Below, piece by piece: positions 27,820-37,207 of a DNA stretch of 64,000 bases. Under the pieces are notes generated by a model that was not told the origin of the DNA, did no database searches, and was given only the letters and a program-made list of their open reading frames with translations. The DNA comes from a virus. Its lineage: Duplodnaviria; Caudoviricetes. The stretch is from positions 160,001-224,000 of IMG/VR virus record IMGVR_UViG_3300037780_000034. One strand, given 5' to 3'. Positions within the stretch are counted from its first letter, which is position 1; every line of letters begins with the position of its first letter. The translations under genes and the position numbers were made by a program.

Positions 27820-28149
27820 ATGAAGAATAAAACAAAAATATTCATTAAATCATTTTGGTGGAATGCTCCTGCTTATTTTGATCGGTGGAGAGTTTTTCCT
27901 AGAATTTTTATATCTGTATATCTATATTTGTTATACGAGGTTGTTCTTTGGTTTATGACCCTACCAGAGCCTAATTTTGAACAATCTACTCTTGTTAGCA
28001 CATTAATAGGAACAGGAGCAGCATGGTTTGGATTATATCTTCGTGAACCTCCAAAAAATATACAATCTATAGAACCTGAAAAAAATCCTGTGACAAATGA
28101 TGATATATCTGCTGATAATATACCAAGATTAAGAGAAGATGATGATTAA
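27820..28149 (+). CDS. Two-TM membrane protein (holin-like candidate)
   Basis: FDRWRVFPR followed by two hydrophobic helices and a charged C-tail; GGAG SD. Confidence 0.55.
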   Translation: MKNKTKIFIKSFWWNAPAYFDRWRVFPRIFISVYLYLLYEVVLWFMTLPEPNFEQSTLVSTLIGTGAAWFGLYLREPPKNIQSIEPEKNPVTNDDISADNIPRLREDDD

Positions 28150-28669
28150 TTTTATTTTATTAAAAACATATAAACCACTAAACGAAGAAGAAAAAGAAAA
28201 ATGGTTAAACATTGTTTTTAAGTTTTTAACCAATGGTTCTATTTTAAATCGTAAAGTTGTATGCCAAAAAACATCAAGCGAATTTAAATATAAAATATTT
28301 TTAAAACGTGAAATATCTATGTATGATGCTGAATTCATAGTTTCCGCTTGGGAAAACTATTATACAGATGACTTTTGTGTTGAAATTAATGTAAATGAAA
28401 ATGTTAATATAAACAATAACGAATACTTTATTGATAAAGAAACAAAAGAAAAATGTATTAAAATACTTTCTAAATTTTTACATAACAGGTGGGTAAACTC
28501 TAAAATTTCAGAAGGTTGGAGATATGGAATTTATTACAATAAAGAAGAAAAAGTTCATCCTTCATTAAGAGATTGGGATACTTTACCAAATAACTATAGA
28601 AATAATATAGATATTGATGACGAAAAACTAATAAAAATAATAGAATTACACCCTACACTATTTGGTTGA
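28139..28669 (+). CDS. Protein with C-terminal RyR-like domain
   Basis: LHNRWVNSKISEGWRYG...KVHPSLRDWDTLP resembles the bacterial/phage Ryr repeat. Confidence 0.65.
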   Translation: MMINFILLKTYKPLNEEEKEKWLNIVFKFLTNGSILNRKVVCQKTSSEFKYKIFLKREISMYDAEFIVSAWENYYTDDFCVEINVNENVNINNNEYFIDKETKEKCIKILSKFLHNRWVNSKISEGWRYGIYYNKEEKVHPSLRDWDTLPNNYRNNIDIDDEKLIKIIELHPTLFG

Positions 28670-28694
28670 CACCACAGATAATATCATATATCGT
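28666..28694 (+). promoter_or_regulatory. Sigma70-like promoter of uvsE
   Basis: TTGACA-N17-TATCGT. Confidence 0.65.
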
Positions 28695-28735
28695 GAGTAT
28701 GAAGAATCATATCATACTCACAGATAGGAAGTTAA

Positions 28736-29773
28736 ATGACTTTTACTAAAAAAATTGGATTTGCTTGCAAGTATGTTCATAATGATCTAACTATAGATGC
28801 AAAGAAAAAGAAAGAAATAGAAAGCAAATACAATACAAAAACAGTGACACGTGCTTGGTTGAACAGACAGGCAAAACACGTAGCAGAAAAAAAACTACAA
28901 GAAGTAGTGAAACACAATTTATATTCATTGAACAACTTAATTAAATATGTGGGAGAATTAGATGATGAATGCAAGTTATTACGTATTAGTTCAGATATCT
29001 TACCTCTTTATACTGAGCAGCATTGGTCTTACTATTATGATAACACAGATACAAAACAATGGCTTGAAAGATCATTCAATACAATTGGTAGTAATGCTAG
29101 GAAGCTTGGTATTCGCTTGTCTTTTCACCCTGGTCAGTTCTGTGTTTTGGCTTCCGATAATCCTGATGTGGTAGAAAATAGCATCCAAGAATTTGAATAT
29201 CATGCTGATATGATTCGTTGGATGGGTTACGGACAACAATTTCAGGATTTTAAATGTAATTTACATATTGGCGGAAGACTTGGACCAGATGGTATTCGTA
29301 AAGTATATCCACGTCTAAGCACAGAAGCACGAAATACCATCACAATTGAGAATGACGAATTTGGATGGGGGCTAGATTCATGTCTTGAACTAGCTGACAT
29401 TATTCCAATCGTGTTAGATATTCATCATCATTATATTCGCACAGACGGCGAATATATTCAACCAACTGATTCACGAATTTCAAAAATATTAGATAGCTGG
29501 AAAGGTGTTCGTCCAGTTATGCATTATAGTATAAGTCGTGAAGAATATACAAAGAATGTTAATGAATTTCCAGATATGAAACAACTTTTGTTAGAAGGTC
29601 ATAAAAAGACAAAACTACGTGCACACAGTGATATGCTATATAACAACAGATGCAATGATTGGGCATTGTCATTTTGGGATAAGTTTGATATAATGGTAGA
29701 AGCTAAAAACAAAAACTTAGCTAGTTTGCAATTGTATAATTATAGTAAAAAGATAAATACTAGTGTCAATTGA
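28736..29773 (+). CDS. uvsE: UV-damage endonuclease (UvsE/UVDE family)
   Basis: IGFAC, LRISSDILP, RLSFHPGQF, TIENDE, LDIHHH, HYS, HSD, MVEAKNK. Confidence 0.93.
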   Translation: MTFTKKIGFACKYVHNDLTIDAKKKKEIESKYNTKTVTRAWLNRQAKHVAEKKLQEVVKHNLYSLNNLIKYVGELDDECKLLRISSDILPLYTEQHWSYYYDNTDTKQWLERSFNTIGSNARKLGIRLSFHPGQFCVLASDNPDVVENSIQEFEYHADMIRWMGYGQQFQDFKCNLHIGGRLGPDGIRKVYPRLSTEARNTITIENDEFGWGLDSCLELADIIPIVLDIHHHYIRTDGEYIQPTDSRISKILDSWKGVRPVMHYSISREEYTKNVNEFPDMKQLLLEGHKKTKLRAHSDMLYNNRCNDWALSFWDKFDIMVEAKNKNLASLQLYNYSKKINTSVN

Positions 29774-29850
29774 CTCATTCTGAGTTTTACGGGGTTTGAT
29801 ACAATCCTTCCTCGTAGCGGGTTAGAACCCGTAAATGACAATCAAAAAGG
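29771..29850 (+). promoter_or_regulatory. Structured 5' leader candidate
   Basis: Three adjacent hairpins plus a mutually exclusive TTTACGGG/CCCGTAAA pairing ahead of the AAGGAG SD; GATAAATA late-like element at ~29752. Confidence 0.4.
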
Positions 29851-29859
29851 AGAATTAAT

Positions 29860-30420
29860 ATGGGTAGACCATTAAATAAAAGACATTTCGGCCCACCAAC
29901 TGATGATGGTTTAGAAATAAAAGTTCAATTTAACAATGGAACTGCAAGTGTAAATGGTTGGATTGTAAGACAAACTGGAAGTAAACGTTTTATTTGCAGT
30001 GACGGTTCAACACAAGTAAAATGCTATCTTGTTCCAAAAAACAGTGGTGATTTGTTAGCTAATGAAATGAGCATAACAGTAAAAGATGATGCTGGAAATG
30101 TTTATCAAGTTTCTAAAATTGCAGCAAATCGCGTTACTCTAGAAACAGGCGCTACTATTGCTTGGAATTGGAGTGATTCAACTACTGATGGATATGCAGA
30201 AATGGAAGAAGCTGGTGGTGATGTAATCGCAGTTACCGCAGCAGTCAACGGAACCGAATATGTAATTGTAACACTAGGTAATACTGTGTGGGCAACATTT
30301 GATGCCGGTGGAGATAACTCACCATATGCAGTCGGAGACACATTTGTTATGGCAAATGCACCAGGAACTGGAACTGGAACAGTTCGTGTAGCAGGCGATG
30401 ACTTTGAAGGCGACGAATAA
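29860..30420 (+). CDS. Putative virion structural protein
   Basis: MGRPLNKRHFG N-terminus, Gly/Thr-rich, own terminator. Confidence 0.65.
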   Translation: MGRPLNKRHFGPPTDDGLEIKVQFNNGTASVNGWIVRQTGSKRFICSDGSTQVKCYLVPKNSGDLLANEMSITVKDDAGNVYQVSKIAANRVTLETGATIAWNWSDSTTDGYAEMEEAGGDVIAVTAAVNGTEYVIVTLGNTVWATFDAGGDNSPYAVGDTFVMANAPGTGTGTVRVAGDDFEGDE

Positions 30421-30448
30421 TATTTAAATAATTAAATGTTACAAAGAC

Positions 30449-30483
30449 AAAACCCTGTCATAGAAATATGGCAGGGTTTTTTG
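30449..30483 (+). terminator. Intrinsic terminator
   Basis: AAAACCCTGTCATA-GAAA-TATGGCAGGGTTTT followed by a T tract. Confidence 0.8.
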
Positions 30484-30522
30484 ATAAATAATTATTATAC
30501 AAAATACACAAGGATAATAATA

Positions 30523-33500
30523 ATGGAACGTGAAATTAAAATGTTAATTGGGTTAATTTACATTGACAGATTACTTAAATCAGATAAAAATGCTAGTCTT
30601 CCAAATGTAGCATTCAATGTATCTAGATACATAGGATCAAATATAAGATCACGTGAGTTACTTAATAAGTATGAAGAATTATTGATAAATGGAAAATTAG
30701 AATTATTTAATTTAGTAAAGGTCAAAGATAATTGGGCATTAGTTAGTAAATTAAATCCAAATCACGTCCTAAAATTGTTTAAAGATAAACCAGATGACAA
30801 TGAATTATCAAAAACAATTAAAAGTATTATTAGACAATATGTTATAGAAAATATAGATATTATTAATAATATACTTGTTGAACACGAAAAAAGTGCAAAA
30901 TACAATTTTTTAAATACAGTTGTATTACCAAAAAATGTCAACTTGACAGAATCTTACGATAATCAATTCATAATTGAACAAATAGAATTATATGAGGGAT
31001 TTTTAGACAGTATAAAAACTTATCTACAGGCTAGATTTGATCAAACAATGGATAATGTTAGTTCAACGATTACAAACTTTAAAGAAGCGGGAATCGTTAT
31101 TAAAGACATTATATCAAATTCAGAATATTTAGAAAAGGTGTCAACCCAAATAGGAAAAAGATTATTAACATTAATTAAAACAATAAGAGCAATAATCGCA
31201 AAAGCTTCAAATTCAGTTAATAATTCTAATTTAAAACTTGCAATTAATAAACTTAATGATATAGTTGGCTTATTTACAAAAGGACAACAAAAAGCTGTTC
31301 AATTAGGAGGATGGCAAGGATTATTGTATAAACTAGGTATGTATGGATTTATTAAATTTATATATTCAAAAATTAGTAAATTTTTAAATTTGTCTGAATT
31401 AGTGAATTTTGTTTCAGATACAGTATTTTCTGAATTTCTTGACAAATTTGGTATATTTCAAAATATGATGAATTCTGTATCTGCTCTTACAATGCAAAAA
31501 TTTATGGGATTTTTTGAAACATTAAATGAAGTAAAAGAAATATTCATAGATACCTTATCGGATATAAGAAGAAAACTTATGACCGGATCAAATATAAGTA
31601 GTAATTTGCCTTCTGTTAATGAAAATACTGGAAGAATTGTAAAAGGTGTGAATACAACGGTTGATGTTGGTCCTAACGAAATATCCAAACAAGCTGCTAA
31701 ATTTGGAAATAAAGTAAACAAAGATGGTTATCCTCCTATCTTACATAAAAAAGCAAGAAAAAATACAACACCAAATACTCTTTTTAATTTAGGATTAACA
31801 GAAACTATTAAAAAAGTAGGAAGCAAATATGTTATATATTCTAAAGATGGAAAAAAGAAATTAGGTTCTTATACAACAAAAACCGATGCTGAAAAGCGTT
31901 TAAAACAGATAGAATACTTTAAACATAAAAACGAGAGATATAGCAATCTTGAGCGTGCTATAATGGAAGGTGGTCATACACTGGAAGAAGGACCATTAGA
32001 TAAATTAAAAAAACTAGGAAAAGCAGCAGCAGTGGCAACGTCTCTTGGAACAACTGGGTTTTTAGGGGCTATTGGATATGACGGTATGACACAGGCACAG
32101 GCGGCTGATGCACAACGAGGGCAATCCAGTCAGTCAAGTGCAAGATCGGCTACACAGCGCGCGCAGGATGCTTCTACAAGCACATCTAATTCTGAGTTGG
32201 CACCTAAGAAAAGTCCAATACCAAAAGCAAATCCAAGAAATAATGACAAAGAAGATTTGTCTTCTGTAAAGCCAAAACCAAGACCAGATGTTCTTCTTTT
32301 AACACAAAGTCCATATGAAAAGCTATTATTAAACTATGCAAAACAATCAGGTATGCAAGGAATAGAATTGGTTTCTTTTATGTCGCAAATGGCAGTAGAA
32401 TCACAGCATTTTCAAAAAATGATAGAACGTGGAACAAAAGAGTATTTTGATCGTTATGAACCAGATACTTCTCCAGAAAGAGCAAACACTTTAGGAAACA
32501 CTGTAGTTGGTGATGGATTTAGATATAGAGGTAGAGGTTATGTTCAATTAACTGGAAAATACAATTATAATCTTGCAAGCGAAGCATTGAACATTGATTT
32601 GATTAATAATCCAGAACTTGCAGCTAATCCACATAATGCAGCAAAAATAGCATTATGGTATTGGAATTCAAAAGTAAAAAGATTAACAGACGATTTTGAT
32701 GATGTTAAAAAAGTAACATACCTTATAAATGGTGGTTATCACGCATTAAAAGATAGACGTGAATATTTCAATAGATATAAAAATAGATTAGCAATGACTG
32801 AGGCTGAAATAGTAGATTTAGATACACAAAGAAAAGAAAAAGAACTAAAAGATTTTCATAAAAAAATAAGGTCAGATATTTCTTCAAGAATGGAAGAAAA
32901 AACAGAAGCATATCGTATTGCTAAAGATCAAGGTATATTTGATGATTTGCCAGTAGGAAGCAGATTTACTTTAGAAAAAGGAGCATCATATAAAGTAATA
33001 TCACACAGTATGAATATGAAAAAAACCGATCAATTGCCAAGATATCAACTAGAGTTTAGAAACAAATTTAAATTCGGTCCTCCTAAATTTATTGAATATA
33101 ATGGAAAATATTATCAACCTATAGTATACGCAACTGAGGTTGCTGGTGAAAACGAAGGATCAAAAAGTGGTTTTGAATTAGATAAACTTATAAATTTTGA
33201 AACAGGTGAAAAACGTTATAAAAAATTTACTGGACCAAAACGAGTAACAGAAAAAAGAAAACAAAATCAGGTAAAAGGAAAAGAGAAACTTCCAAAAATG
33301 AGCAAACCATCAACAAGTGGAGAACAACCTCATCCTTATCGCGGCAGACTTGTTGGAGAAACTATTATTGATTTAACACCTTTTTTAATTTCAGAGTATG
33401 AAAAGTCTATAAAAAATAAAGTATTATCTGAAAATAAAATAGACAATGAACGAGTTTTTAAGTTTTTAAAAGAATACACGGATAACTCTCCAAGTATAAA

Positions 33501-34917
33501 AAAAGAATATATATATTGTAATGTAGTAATTCATAATTTTATAAAAATGTTGAATTTCGGTTATACTAAAAATCTATATAACTTAGTTGATTATTATGAT
33601 AACTATTATATATTTGATATGAATAAAAATTTTGTAAGATTGCCACATTATAAAGATATGGGCGATTCTAAATTGTTTTCTTTTGTATTTTCAAAAGAAA
33701 AAGATTTTAAAGATTTTTTTGCTGATTTAATGTTACAATTTAGTGATGAATACAAAATTGAAAAAAATGTTATAGACAAGAATGTCATCAAAGAAGAATG
33801 GTATCACGGAACCCCAGATGTTCGTGATTTGCAAAAAATTGGCGGATTTGAAAATAGAACTATGAACGTTTCTTATATTTCAAATCCATCATTATGGCGT
33901 GAATTACAAACTAAAGCAAATGAACTTCGTGATACTGACAACACCGAATACTTTAAGGTATTAGACGAAATTACAAAATTAAGAAAATATATGACTGTAA
34001 AAAGTCCTGTATTTTTAACAAATGTTTATAATGTAGCAAAAACTTATGCAGATGATACCCGTGCATTTGACTATCAAGGTGCAAATCCAAGAATTTTAAA
34101 AGTTGAAGTAGATGCTGGAAAAAATCTTAAAATAAATGCGGACGGAAAAGACTTTCGTGGAATAGATTTAGATGTTGTTATTAAATCTTTTATCAATGGT
34201 GGAGTTTCAATAGAAAAAATAAAAAATGTTATAGAAATGTTTTCACCAGAATTACGTAATAATAAATTGTCAACTGATGCAGTTTCAGTAATAGCACAGT
34301 TGTTTAATTTTGACACAGTTGATGTTACTGGTGTTTTAGATAGTTTTAATGTTGGAAAAATAAAGTCTACTGTTAGGATGGTATTTGATCCAAAACGTAT
34401 TAAAATTATAAGTAATTTAAAAGAATCTTTTGGATATAAAGTGATGGCTTATGATAGAAAAAACAAGATAGCATATTCATTGGCAGATAAAAATGTTAAA
34501 TTTCCAATAGACATAAACAAGAAAATAACAATTGGTAAAAATGGATTGTATTTGAGTAATAACAAAGACTTTGTGAAAAATTATTACAGTGGATTAACCG
34601 ATACTGATGAAATATTAGTAAAATTTGAATATGATCCTGTTGACATTATAAGTGGTAATGACAGTGATTCTGAATCTGAATTCACTGTGAAAACAGCAAA
34701 GATAGCAGACATAGAATTACTTTCTGAAACTATTTCAGTTGATTTGATTAATTTTTTAAAAGAAAATATGAGTGTAACAGGAACTGCAACTGCAGTCTCA
34801 GCGAGAAAAAAAGGATTAGAACCAGGAACTCCTGAATGGTTCGAACATTGGTTTAGTTTGCCTTATATGATAGACCAAAGAAAAAAGAATAAAGGTAGAA
34901 AAGGTAAACGAAAATGA
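30523..34917 (+). CDS. Large modular late protein with a GH19 lysozyme/chitinase-like domain and an ADP-ribosyltransferase-like (YHGT) module
   Basis: GH19: MSQMAVES...DGFRYRGRGYVQLTGKYNY...INGG (~32320-32790); WYHGTPD...VFLT..YNVAKTYA (~33800-34400); start 30523 chosen for the AGGA SD and the upstream terminator. Confidence 0.8.
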   Translation: MEREIKMLIGLIYIDRLLKSDKNASLPNVAFNVSRYIGSNIRSRELLNKYEELLINGKLELFNLVKVKDNWALVSKLNPNHVLKLFKDKPDDNELSKTIKSIIRQYVIENIDIINNILVEHEKSAKYNFLNTVVLPKNVNLTESYDNQFIIEQIELYEGFLDSIKTYLQARFDQTMDNVSSTITNFKEAGIVIKDIISNSEYLEKVSTQIGKRLLTLIKTIRAIIAKASNSVNNSNLKLAINKLNDIVGLFTKGQQKAVQLGGWQGLLYKLGMYGFIKFIYSKISKFLNLSELVNFVSDTVFSEFLDKFGIFQNMMNSVSALTMQKFMGFFETLNEVKEIFIDTLSDIRRKLMTGSNISSNLPSVNENTGRIVKGVNTTVDVGPNEISKQAAKFGNKVNKDGYPPILHKKARKNTTPNTLFNLGLTETIKKVGSKYVIYSKDGKKKLGSYTTKTDAEKRLKQIEYFKHKNERYSNLERAIMEGGHTLEEGPLDKLKKLGKAAAVATSLGTTGFLGAIGYDGMTQAQAADAQRGQSSQSSARSATQRAQDASTSTSNSELAPKKSPIPKANPRNNDKEDLSSVKPKPRPDVLLLTQSPYEKLLLNYAKQSGMQGIELVSFMSQMAVESQHFQKMIERGTKEYFDRYEPDTSPERANTLGNTVVGDGFRYRGRGYVQLTGKYNYNLASEALNIDLINNPELAANPHNAAKIALWYWNSKVKRLTDDFDDVKKVTYLINGGYHALKDRREYFNRYKNRLAMTEAEIVDLDTQRKEKELKDFHKKIRSDISSRMEEKTEAYRIAKDQGIFDDLPVGSRFTLEKGASYKVISHSMNMKKTDQLPRYQLEFRNKFKFGPPKFIEYNGKYYQPIVYATEVAGENEGSKSGFELDKLINFETGEKRYKKFTGPKRVTEKRKQNQVKGKEKLPKMSKPSTSGEQPHPYRGRLVGETIIDLTPFLISEYEKSIKNKVLSENKIDNERVFKFLKEYTDNSPSIKKEYIYCNVVIHNFIKMLNFGYTKNLYNLVDYYDNYYIFDMNKNFVRLPHYKDMGDSKLFSFVFSKEKDFKDFFADLMLQFSDEYKIEKNVIDKNVIKEEWYHGTPDVRDLQKIGGFENRTMNVSYISNPSLWRELQTKANELRDTDNTEYFKVLDEITKLRKYMTVKSPVFLTNVYNVAKTYADDTRAFDYQGANPRILKVEVDAGKNLKINADGKDFRGIDLDVVIKSFINGGVSIEKIKNVIEMFSPELRNNKLSTDAVSVIAQLFNFDTVDVTGVLDSFNVGKIKSTVRMVFDPKRIKIISNLKESFGYKVMAYDRKNKIAYSLADKNVKFPIDINKKITIGKNGLYLSNNKDFVKNYYSGLTDTDEILVKFEYDPVDIISGNDSDSESEFTVKTAKIADIELLSETISVDLINFLKENMSVTGTATAVSARKKGLEPGTPEWFEHWFSLPYMIDQRKKNKGRKGKRK

Positions 34918-35174
34918 TTTTGTTTATGGAGGGCATTGCTATGCACAAAAAATTAAAAAAAGTAGATTTTTACGATACTATAGGGTCAATGGAAAAAACA
35001 TCTATATTTGATGCTATAGTTTTTTCTGGTGTTGAAGGAAAAAATATCTTAACACAAGAAGAATATAGAACAGTAATATCTAAAAAAAGAAAATTAATAA
35101 GAAGCGATATAAAACAACAACGTGCAATGTCAAAAATGGCAAAAAAATTTGATTGGAAAAATAATGAAAATTAA
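34914..35174 (+). CDS. Hypothetical protein
   Basis: 86-aa basic ORF overlapping the upstream stop. Confidence 0.5.
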   Translation: MILFMEGIAMHKKLKKVDFYDTIGSMEKTSIFDAIVFSGVEGKNILTQEEYRTVISKKRKLIRSDIKQQRAMSKMAKKFDWKNNEN

Positions 35175-35355
35175 TGAAATAATAAATGAAATGTCATCAA
35201 GCGGTTCAACTAGTGCTGGAAGCATAGCAGGAGCAAATGGACAGATAGGTGTTATGCAACGTAGAAATAGTGACGGAACTGCTTTAAATGCGTTGGACCA
35301 ACCTGACAACATCTTTGGTGTCAAGAAAAAAACAAAAAATAAACGAAAAAAATGA
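35164..35355 (+). CDS. Small protein, possible head-internal protein
   Basis: MKINEIINE-MSSSGSTSAGSIAG; basic C-tail. Confidence 0.55.
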   Translation: MKINEIINEMSSSGSTSAGSIAGANGQIGVMQRRNSDGTALNALDQPDNIFGVKKKTKNKRKK

Positions 35356-35381
35356 TAAATATATGAAAAAGGATTTTCAAA

Positions 35382-36194
35382 ATGGTATCTAAAAGAATAC
35401 AAATGTTAGAAGAAAAAATGTCTGACGCACAAAAAAAGAAGCGTGAAGACATAGTTCAAGCTATGAAAAAAGATAAAAAAAGAATGCAAGATTCATATGG
35501 TGACAAATGGGAAGATGTGATGTATGCAACTGCAACAAAACAGGCTATGAGAGAAACCAAACTTGACCCAGTTGGCAAAGAAGATGATGACATTAACAAT
35601 GATGGAAAGGTTGATTCTACCGACGAATATCTTAAAAACAAACGTAAAGCTATTTCAAAAAATATTAAAGAATCACGAAAAATGACAAAAGCTGAAATTG
35701 AAAAAAAGATCAGCGATGGAGAATGGGAAACCGATTTCAAAATTGATGTAGGTAAACCTGCTGTTGTAAAAAACTCAAAAACTGGGAAAAAGATGCGTAT
35801 AATGGTAACAGAAGGTGTATTAGATTCTACAGATGATGATGGATGGATGGCAAAAAGTCAACTATACAAAACTGCAAAATATGCAATTGCATTGCATCAA
35901 ATGATTAATGATGCTGATGATTTAGAACCTTGGGTTCAAGCAAAAATTACAAGGGCAAGTGTTGATTTATCTGCAGTTAAACATTATATGGAATATCTTT
36001 TGAGTAGAAATGAACAAGAATATACCAATACAAATGTTCCTATGACATTAGAAACAGAAATCTTAGAAGCAAAAAAAAGAAAGAAAAGTTTGCGTAATCC
36101 TAAAGATAATCCTTGTTGGAAAGGATATGAACCAGTTGGAACAAAAATGAAAGACGGAAAAGAAGTTCCAAACTGTGTTCCAAAAAAGAAATAA
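35382..36194 (+). CDS. Modular late protein (prohead core/internal protein-like)
   Basis: Modules separated by LEE/MRE/IKE/VTE/ILE motifs; EF-hand-like DINNDGKVD; C-terminal CWKGY...VPNCVP module. Confidence 0.65.
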   Translation: MVSKRIQMLEEKMSDAQKKKREDIVQAMKKDKKRMQDSYGDKWEDVMYATATKQAMRETKLDPVGKEDDDINNDGKVDSTDEYLKNKRKAISKNIKESRKMTKAEIEKKISDGEWETDFKIDVGKPAVVKNSKTGKKMRIMVTEGVLDSTDDDGWMAKSQLYKTAKYAIALHQMINDADDLEPWVQAKITRASVDLSAVKHYMEYLLSRNEQEYTNTNVPMTLETEILEAKKRKKSLRNPKDNPCWKGYEPVGTKMKDGKEVPNCVPKKK

Positions 36195-36218
36195 GAGGGG
36201 AAATTTCCCCTCTTTTTA
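36193..36218. terminator. Bidirectional terminator / perfect 22-bp palindrome at the strand convergence
   Basis: AAGAGGGGAAATTTCCCCTCTT with A/T tracts on both sides. Confidence 0.8.
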
Positions 36219-36290
36219 TTATACAGCCATAGGTGCTTTAATTGCAGGATGCGATACATAATCTATGTTAAATAGAAAACCCAAAAACAT
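36219..36290 (-). pseudogene. Orphaned thymidylate synthase C-terminal fragment
   Basis: - strand reads MFLGFLFNIDYVSHPAIKAPMAV*; DYVSHPAIKAPMAV is a canonical ThyA C-terminus. Confidence 0.75.
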
Positions 36291-36299
36291 ATCAACTAT

Positions 36300-36307
36300 T
36301 ATAAATA
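36300..36307 (+). promoter_or_regulatory. T4-type late promoter of the GIY-YIG gene
   Basis: Exact TATAAATA 18 nt upstream of the ATG. Confidence 0.7.
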
Positions 36308-36325
36308 GTATAAAGGAAAATAGAT

Positions 36326-37207
36326 ATGGAAAAATGTGGTATTATATATAGAATAATAAATGTCATTAATGGCAAATGTTATTATGGTTCAACAATAAAT
36401 GCAGATAAACGATGGAAAAAACATATTCAGACATTGAATAAAAATGTACACCACAATGTTCATTTGCAGCGTTCATGGAACACTTATGGCGAAAAAAATT
36501 TTATATTTGAAATAATTGAAAAAGATATTCCTAAAGATAAATTATTCTTAATAGAGCAGAATTATATTGACAATAACATTGGTGGTTATAACTTAGGAAA
36601 AGCAGGCGGAGGCGATCAACTTGCAAATCATCCAAATAAAAAAGAAATAATAGAAAAAAGATCAAAAACCCAGAAAAAAAATGTTGGTAAAATGTCTGAA
36701 GAAGAAAAAAAAATTAAATGGGGAAAAAACGGAAATGAAAATCCTAAATATATAGATGGACGTTCATACACTGGTAAAAAATGCAAAAATTGTGATAATA
36801 TGGTTAATTTTTATCTAAAATCTGGAATATGTAATAAATGCAGAAATCGAACGGGCAACAACAATCCTTTTTATGGAAAAACACATAATCAAGAAACTAA
36901 AGATAAGATTTCTAAAGCAAATATTGGAAGAATCATGACAGATGAAGCAAAAGAATCTATAACTGGAGAAAATAGTGGTAGATATATAGGAACATACCAT
37001 ACTCCTTGGGGTATGTTCCCATCTTCGTCACAGGCAGAAAAAAACAATTTATTTATGAAATCAGCAGCAATACATAGAATATGTTTAAATCCAGATAACA
37101 TTATCAAACGTATTGGAAAATCAAAATTTCTTAAAGATTATGGATTATCATGTATTGGTAAAACTTATCGTGATCTAGGTTTCTGGTTTGATCCTAAACA
37201 GCCATAG
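36326..37207 (+). mobile_element. Free-standing GIY-YIG homing endonuclease with NUMOD3 motif
   Basis: GIIYRIINVINGKCYYGST...R..H; E in LIEQNYI; NNPFYGKTHNQETKDKISKAN (NUMOD3); convergent overlap with the thyA 3' end. Confidence 0.9.

Noticed and set aside
30436-30522. Track start of the 1493-aa ORF
   Set aside because: This stretch runs through the preceding intrinsic terminator; ATG 30523 has an SD and lies downstream of a late-like element.
36219-37207. Group I intron in thyA carrying the GIY-YIG gene (T4 td-like)
   Set aside because: The endonuclease is antisense to thyA, thyA already ends in a complete MAV* terminus, and no group I core elements were recognised.
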